In this document: in pieces, positions 57,785-64,000 of the stretch
How positions within the stretch are numbered: position 1 is the first letter of the stretch
How the letters are laid out: every line of letters begins with the position of its first letter
Source: Spirochaetia bacterium
GTDB lineage: Bacteria > Spirochaetota > Spirochaetia > SP-2023
DNA: 64,000 nt
Assembly: GCA_965263295.1 (NCBI GenBank)
Contig: OZ253665.1
Coordinates: 704,001-768,000, forward strand
Direction: 5' to 3'
Position numbers and translations under genes: made by a program
Notes under the pieces: generated by a model
The model's input: only the letters and a program-made list of their open reading frames with translations
The model's database searches: none
Told to the model about the DNA's origin: nothing

Positions 57785-58981
57785 ATGACCAAACATAATC
57801 TTTTTCTCAGAGTTCTTCTCTTCTGTTTGACCATTACGTTATTTTTGACTTGTCGCGATGGCAATAAAACTTCGCAAGCCAACAGTCCCGTTTCCATTCA
57901 AAATTATGACTCACAGGCCATGATTAATGCGGCTTCGCCGAGCCGTGAGTTTGATTTTGTGATGTTTGGCAGTAATTATCCGGGCAACTATGGCCTCAGC
58001 CGCGTCATGTGGGATGCCGCTTATCGGCTATTCGTGGGGGCTGGAGGTCAAGCGTATCGCGGGACTTTCGTTCGCAGTAATAATATCGATATTGAACGCT
58101 CCCTGCAATATGACATGCTGAGTCGAGAGCGTGTGGGGGTAATGTTCTTCTTGCCGGGCAGCATGATTACCGCACTCAGTCTCGCTTTGCGTTATCCTAA
58201 GCAGAAGTTCGCACTGCCTTATATTCTGAATTCAGGCCGGTATGAACTGCCACCCAATTTGCGTGCCGCCTCGTTAAAGTTCGAGCAGGGCGCATTTTTG
58301 GTGGGTATTATTGCCGGGCGAATGACTCGCAATAATCGAGTTGGTATGTTGACTGACATGATGGAAAATATCACAGAGGTTTCAATGTATGCTTTTGTAC
58401 AAGGCGTGCGTAAAGTCAACCCAAACAGTGAAGTGATTGTTGTGCAAACTGATTCTGATGAAAATACATTGCAAAATGAAACTACGCGTATAATTTCGCG
58501 TGAAGATGTCGATGTCATTTTTGCCATGTCGGTAAATTACAATAATACAATAATCCGTTCAACGTACTATTTTGGGCGTGATGTTTTGTTGATTAACAGT
58601 TGGTACAATGCTGACAATGAATGGCCTAGGCATGTAATTACCTCATTTACTATTTCCGTGGACCCGATTATCCGCAATTTCATGTCTCATGCCGGGGACG
58701 ATAAAGATTTTTCTAATCTGCCTCCTGTCGAGCGTTACGATTTGAATAATCGCAACGTAATGCGTCTGTCTTGGGATGGCCAAGAAGATACGGCTTTTGA
58801 GTTAGAGCGCCCAGAATATAGTGAGCTGAGTCGGGAAGCCAGAGAAGAGACATACAAATGGGAGCAGCGTATTCGCGTGAAGGAGTTTGTGGTGTTTAAC
58901 GCCCTGGAAAATGGTACCCCCCCTGCAGAATTGCAAGATCTTCGTTTTCGCGATTTGCGGGGTTTAGGCGTGGTTGATTAA
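57785..58981 (+). CDS. BMP-family substrate-binding lipoprotein
   Basis: LFLTC lipobox; FEQGAFLVGIIAGRMT, FVQGVRKVNP, VDVIF. Confidence 0.75.
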   Translation: MTKHNLFLRVLLFCLTITLFLTCRDGNKTSQANSPVSIQNYDSQAMINAASPSREFDFVMFGSNYPGNYGLSRVMWDAAYRLFVGAGGQAYRGTFVRSNNIDIERSLQYDMLSRERVGVMFFLPGSMITALSLALRYPKQKFALPYILNSGRYELPPNLRAASLKFEQGAFLVGIIAGRMTRNNRVGMLTDMMENITEVSMYAFVQGVRKVNPNSEVIVVQTDSDENTLQNETTRIISREDVDVIFAMSVNYNNTIIRSTYYFGRDVLLINSWYNADNEWPRHVITSFTISVDPIIRNFMSHAGDDKDFSNLPPVERYDLNNRNVMRLSWDGQEDTAFELERPEYSELSREAREETYKWEQRIRVKEFVVFNALENGTPPAELQDLRFRDLRGLGVVD

Positions 58982-60338
58982 TATGGGTTATGGTTCTTTA
59001 CCTGTGGCATTGTTGCAACGAGTATTTACCCTTGCGGTATGTGTGCGTGATCGTGAGCAAAAGCTTGAGATTGATGAATTACAACGGCGTGAGTTACGTT
59101 TTTTGATTGAAAGTGCCGGCTGGGTAATTTGCAGTCAATTGCAATATACTCTAAAAAAAATCCACCCGGGACATTTATTGGGAAATGGACAGATTGAACA
59201 GATTGCCGAGCAGGTTTTACTGGTCGAAGCCGAAATCCAAGAGCGTTATGATCTGGCTGACGCTCTGGATTTTGTGACCATTGACTACGAATTAAGCCCA
59301 ACTCAATTGTTCAATCTGGAGAAGACGTTAAAAAAGCAGGTACTTGATCGGAAGGCTTTAATTTTAAATTTATTTGAGCAGAGAGCGCAGACGCGCGAGG
59401 CTCGCCTGCAAGTTCATTTGGCTCGTCTGTATTACGAGAAACCACGCTTGAAACGCGCTTGGACTCACTTGTCGCGTCAGCGTGGTGGACGCTATGGTAC
59501 ACGCGGCGAGGGAGAAAGACAGATTGAAGTTGACAGTCGTCTGATCAACGAGCAAATCCACAAACTAGAGACGCAGCTAGTGCAGGTCAAGAAACAGCGT
59601 TCGCAGCAGCGTAAACGCGGGGCGCATCTGCCGCATCTGGCTTTGGTGGGATATACGAATGCGGGTAAATCCGCATTGATGCATGCCCTGAGTCAAAAAG
59701 AGGTTTATGTCGCCGACCGGCTGTTTGCGACGCTGGATCCCAAGAGTAGTGAGCTAAAGCTGCCGGGGGGAGAACGGGTAATTGTGACAGATACCGTAGG
59801 TTTTTTACGTAATTTGCCGCATGAATTAATCGATGCTTTCCAGGCTACACTGGAAGAGACAGTTCTAGCCGATCTCCAGCTATTGGTTTTGGATGCTAGC
59901 GATATTGAGTGGCGGGAGAAATTGGCTACGGTACATCGGGTCTTGAGAGAGCTGGGAGTCGATGAAAAGATGCAGATACTGTTGCTGAATAAAGTGGATT
60001 TACTGACAGAAGGACAACGCCAGGAGATGCGGATGCTGTTTCCATCTGCCCTTTTGATTTCGGCACGGGAAGGCTTGGGGTTGGAGAGTTTATATACTCT
60101 GTTGAGTCAGCTCTTGGCCGAGTTAAATAATGAGCCCGCACAAGCCTATGCCTTGGAAGTGCCGCACGAGGCGGGCGCTTTGCGGGCCTGGTTATTTGAG
60201 CAGCAGCTGATTGCCGAAGAGTTACAAATGAACGAAGCGGGTCAACTCTTCCACTTGCTTCTTTCTTCGAGTAGTTTGCAATGCCTACGCAAGAAATTTC
60301 CACAGATTTCTGGGAGCCTGCAAGCTCTTGAAACCTGA
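58974..60338 (+). CDS. hflX: ribosome-splitting GTPase
   Basis: RAQTREARLQV, GYTNAGKS, LFATLD, DTVGF, NKVD. Confidence 0.95.
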   Translation: MINMGYGSLPVALLQRVFTLAVCVRDREQKLEIDELQRRELRFLIESAGWVICSQLQYTLKKIHPGHLLGNGQIEQIAEQVLLVEAEIQERYDLADALDFVTIDYELSPTQLFNLEKTLKKQVLDRKALILNLFEQRAQTREARLQVHLARLYYEKPRLKRAWTHLSRQRGGRYGTRGEGERQIEVDSRLINEQIHKLETQLVQVKKQRSQQRKRGAHLPHLALVGYTNAGKSALMHALSQKEVYVADRLFATLDPKSSELKLPGGERVIVTDTVGFLRNLPHELIDAFQATLEETVLADLQLLVLDASDIEWREKLATVHRVLRELGVDEKMQILLLNKVDLLTEGQRQEMRMLFPSALLISAREGLGLESLYTLLSQLLAELNNEPAQAYALEVPHEAGALRAWLFEQQLIAEELQMNEAGQLFHLLLSSSSLQCLRKKFPQISGSLQALET

Positions 60339-60347
60339 TGGGGGCTA

Positions 60348-61250
60348 ATGAGCAACCCAGCTATTTGTATGGACCTATTGCAATTTTTAGATCACAAGCT
60401 ACAGGGCGTAAAGTATGCTATTTGGCCTTTGTCGTCAGCAGTTAATCTTGTTGAGGAAGTTTTCCCGCATAATCAGCGCCAAAATATTGGGGTCGAATGT
60501 TGTAGCGTTGCAGCAGATCCGCCAGAAGCGGTGGGCGAGGCGTTAAAGGAACAAGGTATTACGCTGCTCTCCTTACAACAGGTTCATGGTTCTGGCTATG
60601 TAGTTTTGAATGATGATACAAGTACAGCAATAAATATGCCTGAGGCAGATGCTTGGCTGTGGACAGAATTTCCTGCGCAACCTCTTGCCTGTGCGATCTA
60701 TACCGCTGATTGTGTCCCTGCAGTGTTGCATATGTACGACCAGGATGGCCGGATTCTCGGTGGGGCTTTAATGCATTTGGGGCGCCGAGGAATTGAACAG
60801 GGGCTTTTGCGACAGTGTTTTACGGCTTTGTTGCGACAATTGACTCTGCGGCAAAAACTATGTCCAAAACGATGTTTTGTAGCCAGATTGGCCACAGGCC
60901 CTGCGATTGGATCTTGTTGCTATGAAGTTCCGCAGCAAATGGCGCTAGATTTCTGCAGAGTTGCCAAAGTTTCTAGAGCCTGTTGTCATCAGCATCCACT
61001 TATGCTCAAGCATCAGAGCCATGTCATGCTAGATTTAAAGGGAGCCATATTTGAACAGGCTTGCCAGTTTGGTTTGAAGGCGAAAGATATTTATATAGAA
61101 AAGCTCTGTACCAGTTGTGCCGCTCAGGACTACTTGAGGGGCCACAGCCAGCAAATTTGTTATTCTTACCGGCAAGGTCATAAGAGTGAGCGCATTTACA
61201 CGATTGCTTTCTTCGGTTTTCCAGCGCAGCTTGAGGCCAAGAGACTGTGA
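60348..61250 (+). CDS. pgeF: YfiH/PgeF family protein
   Basis: QVHG, TADCVP, H.G.RG, GPAIGSCCYEV, CTSC, SYR. Confidence 0.85.
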   Translation: MSNPAICMDLLQFLDHKLQGVKYAIWPLSSAVNLVEEVFPHNQRQNIGVECCSVAADPPEAVGEALKEQGITLLSLQQVHGSGYVVLNDDTSTAINMPEADAWLWTEFPAQPLACAIYTADCVPAVLHMYDQDGRILGGALMHLGRRGIEQGLLRQCFTALLRQLTLRQKLCPKRCFVARLATGPAIGSCCYEVPQQMALDFCRVAKVSRACCHQHPLMLKHQSHVMLDLKGAIFEQACQFGLKAKDIYIEKLCTSCAAQDYLRGHSQQICYSYRQGHKSERIYTIAFFGFPAQLEAKRL

Positions 61251-62224
61251 GCGTAAGGTATCGTGAATTATTGCATCGGGCGAATATTGAGCTGCAAGCA
61301 GTAACAGCAGGGGACGGTTTGCAAAATGGTTATCAAAAATTACTACTATTATTGGCCTTTTGCCAGCAGGAAGCCGTCTGCGGAGTTATAGAAGCTAAGA
61401 CTACAGCTGCTTTTGCCGAGCGCTTGCGGCGCTATAATAACCTGAATGCGCAAGCGGCAAAACTTCTGGCATCCATGGAAGAAACAGTACCGATAGCGGT
61501 AGAGCAAATTTTTGCGCAATACCTTGGGCGTTTAAAGAAGGGAGAGCCTTTAGCATATATCCTGGGAATGGAATGTTTTGCTCGACATGTTTTTGCTGTG
61601 GGCGCCGGAGTATTAATTCCTCGAGAAGATAGCGAGATATTGCTGCAACAGAGTCTAGATTACTGTTACAAGGCTGGGCATCGCAGCCTTTCTGTGTTGG
61701 AACTGTGTTGTGGTACGGCTTGTATCAGTCTGAGTTTGCTTTTAGAGCTGCAAGCACAGTTACAGGTTTTGCCGTTCTCTATCGGCTTCTGGGCTAGTGA
61801 TATTTCTCCGAAAGCTCTGATCTATGCCCACATGAATCGGGATTATTATGTGTTGAATACTATCAAAAACCGCTTTGTTGTGTGTCGCAGTGATTTGTTT
61901 GAAAATAAGGATTTACAACGACGCTATGATTTGATCCTGGCTAACCCTCCGTACTTGAGTGAAGCGGAGTGTCAACGCCGCCGGCACTGGCATGAACCGA
62001 TGGTGGCTTTGGAGGCCGGACCAGATGGCCTGGCCTTGCTATGTCGCATTATCGCTGAGTCCCTCGAATTTTTGCAGCCCGGAGGAGCCTTGATCTTAGA
62101 AGCAGCTCCCTGGCAGATGTCAGAGTTGATGCGACTTTTAGAATTTTTTGGCTATGAACAAATTTCATTGCACAATGACTGTGGGGGTTACCAACGCGTT
62201 ATTCGTGCTATATACTGGCCATAA
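61247..62224 (+). CDS. prmC: release factor glutamine methyltransferase (HemK)
   Basis: GEPLAYILG, VLIPREDSE, NPPY, EP..AL..G.DGL. Confidence 0.9.
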   Translation: MSVRYRELLHRANIELQAVTAGDGLQNGYQKLLLLLAFCQQEAVCGVIEAKTTAAFAERLRRYNNLNAQAAKLLASMEETVPIAVEQIFAQYLGRLKKGEPLAYILGMECFARHVFAVGAGVLIPREDSEILLQQSLDYCYKAGHRSLSVLELCCGTACISLSLLLELQAQLQVLPFSIGFWASDISPKALIYAHMNRDYYVLNTIKNRFVVCRSDLFENKDLQRRYDLILANPPYLSEAECQRRRHWHEPMVALEAGPDGLALLCRIIAESLEFLQPGGALILEAAPWQMSELMRLLEFFGYEQISLHNDCGGYQRVIRAIYWP

Positions 62225-62498
62225 GCCTTGTATAAAAATATACTTTTGCATCCTGTGTCTCAAATTTATTTGATCAATTAACATTTGGCAAAGATTATAT
62301 AATTTATGTAAATAAATTTTCTTAATAAATTATTAAGGTTTAAATAGAATTAAGGATTAGATTATATCTACTGTATTTTAACAGAAACTTTTTTATTGCT
62401 AATATTTCACTTTGCATATCTTTCTAATTTAGTTACAATAAATACCCAGTTTAAAATATTAAAACATAATCTGAATCAAGGAAAAGTTGTAAAGATTT

Positions 62499-63752
62499 AT
62501 GGGACTATCAGCGGCGGAATGGATCCAACTAAAACTAAAAGAGCACACAAGGTGGCTACAGTCAAGCAGCAAAGGCAAATGTGCAAATTTTTGTCAAATA
62601 AACTTGCGCGAACAGAGTTTAGGTTATGCCAACTGGAGTCAGGCGATTTTTGCTTCCGTTAACCTGGAAAGGGCAGATTTTAAGGAAGCAATCTTGATTA
62701 ATTGTGATTTTAGTGGTGCTAATTTATCCAAGGCTGGGTTAATGAAGGTCGACTTACGCGATGCCAATTTGCGTAAGGCTAAGCTGGAAGGTGCTGATTT
62801 ACGATTTGCAAATTTGAGTAATGCGGACTTGTATGCCGCTGATCTGCGAGGTGCTAATTTATATGGTGCTAATTTGCACGGTGTCAATTTGCAGTTGTCT
62901 TACCTGCGCGGCTGCAATTTGCAGCAAGCAGATTTAAGCCTGGCCAATTTACAGGAAAGTCGCCTGCTGGGAGTCATTCTCTTGGGCGCTAATCTGCGTG
63001 AAGCGCAACTGCAGGATGTAATCTGGAGCGGTCACATACCAGGAAAAGATAAAGAAGACGGAAAGATGCTCGTTGCTAAGCTAAATAGTGGCAATTTGCA
63101 AGGAGTTAAACTGCAGGGTGCGAGATTGGAGTTTGCCGACCTTAGCAATGCTGTTCTGATCCAGGCCCAGCTGCAGAATACTAAATTGTGTGGTGCTGAT
63201 ATGCGGCGAGCCAATTTGCGGGGCGCGAAACTGCGTGATGCTGACCTCTCTGGAGTCCTTATGGACCACGCTAAATTACAAAGGGCTATTCTCTCTGGAG
63301 CCAAATTGGAAAATACTAGTATGAAAGCTACCAATTTTGAAGGGGCCATTTGGAAAAAAGCTAATCTCAAAGGGGCTAACCTTGAAGATGCGAATTTTAC
63401 TGGAGCAGACCTGCAGGGAGCCAACTTTGAAGGGGCTAATCTCAGACGGGTATCTTTTAAAGAGGCGTATATACCTCAGGCTGATTTCAGTTCCGCCAAT
63501 TTAGCCGGCGCAGATTTCGACAAGGCTTACTGCAAAGACAGTCTATTTATCAAAAATAACTTACGCAAGGCAAACTTTGAGAACTGTAATTTGGAAAACT
63601 GTGATTTCAGTCGCGCGGATATCTCTGATGCCAGTTTTCTTCGGGCCAACTTAAAAAATGCTGGGCTGGCCGGCACATTGGTCTCAAAAGCCAATTTTCG
63701 TCTTGCCATCGTCGAAGGCACTACTTTAGAGTCCCAAAATGACGAAAAATAA
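62499..63752 (+). CDS. pentapeptide-repeat protein
   Basis: Dozens of A(D/N)LXX repeats. Confidence 0.95.
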   Translation: MGLSAAEWIQLKLKEHTRWLQSSSKGKCANFCQINLREQSLGYANWSQAIFASVNLERADFKEAILINCDFSGANLSKAGLMKVDLRDANLRKAKLEGADLRFANLSNADLYAADLRGANLYGANLHGVNLQLSYLRGCNLQQADLSLANLQESRLLGVILLGANLREAQLQDVIWSGHIPGKDKEDGKMLVAKLNSGNLQGVKLQGARLEFADLSNAVLIQAQLQNTKLCGADMRRANLRGAKLRDADLSGVLMDHAKLQRAILSGAKLENTSMKATNFEGAIWKKANLKGANLEDANFTGADLQGANFEGANLRRVSFKEAYIPQADFSSANLAGADFDKAYCKDSLFIKNNLRKANFENCNLENCDFSRADISDASFLRANLKNAGLAGTLVSKANFRLAIVEGTTLESQNDEK

Positions 63753-64000
63753 TAAAATCTACGGAACCAATTTCATTAATTTTATCAATTTGCAATTTAG
63801 CAGGCCATGCTGGAATTCAGGACGGCTTGTAAAGTAGTGGTGACAGCGGAAGCAAAGTCGGGCTAAAATTCGGTGCAAGTTCATGGTAATTTGCCTCTGA
63901 AAAACGCCTGATCACAGGATGGCGCTGCCTGTGTCCCAACTGCTAACCGAGACATAAATGATCTTCATTCCTTGGGCTTGTCGCGCAAAGCTCTAGTAGA

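Overview
Bacterial chromosomal window, probably from a spirochaete (inference from the TraB / helicase-associated / XPB cluster, a BMP lipoprotein, spirochaete-style lipoproteins and a coiled-coil PD-(D/E)XK protein). Core genes sit on both sides. Left: ftsK (5'-partial, very long acidic linker) and tmk. Right: TraB family, XPB helicase pair, tRNA-Arg(CCG), lipA-aceE-aceF-lpdA, BMP, hflX, pgeF, prmC and a pentapeptide-repeat protein. Between them is a ~38 kb accessory region (about 4.8-43.1 kb) with four parts: (i) a pectin/hexuronate cluster (GH28, kduI/kduD, family-5 ABC transporter); (ii) a rearranged contractile-tail prophage remnant (about 19.1-28 kb); (iii) a kdgK-eda-uxaA-uxaB-dehydrogenase-GntR-TRAP cluster; (iv) orphan lipoprotein genes. 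Two unannotated signals stand out. First, a ~100-nt tRNA-mimic RNA with its own near-consensus promoter, transcribed convergently into the stop codon of a BECR/PBECR-like nuclease fragment, a candidate RNA antitoxin or decoy. Second, a dispersed ~240-300 bp CACGAA-rich palindromic element whose inverted copies bracket the 12 kb uxa/TRAP cluster and whose same-orientation copies bracket single accessory genes like cassettes. All product calls come from motif recognition only; no database searches were run.
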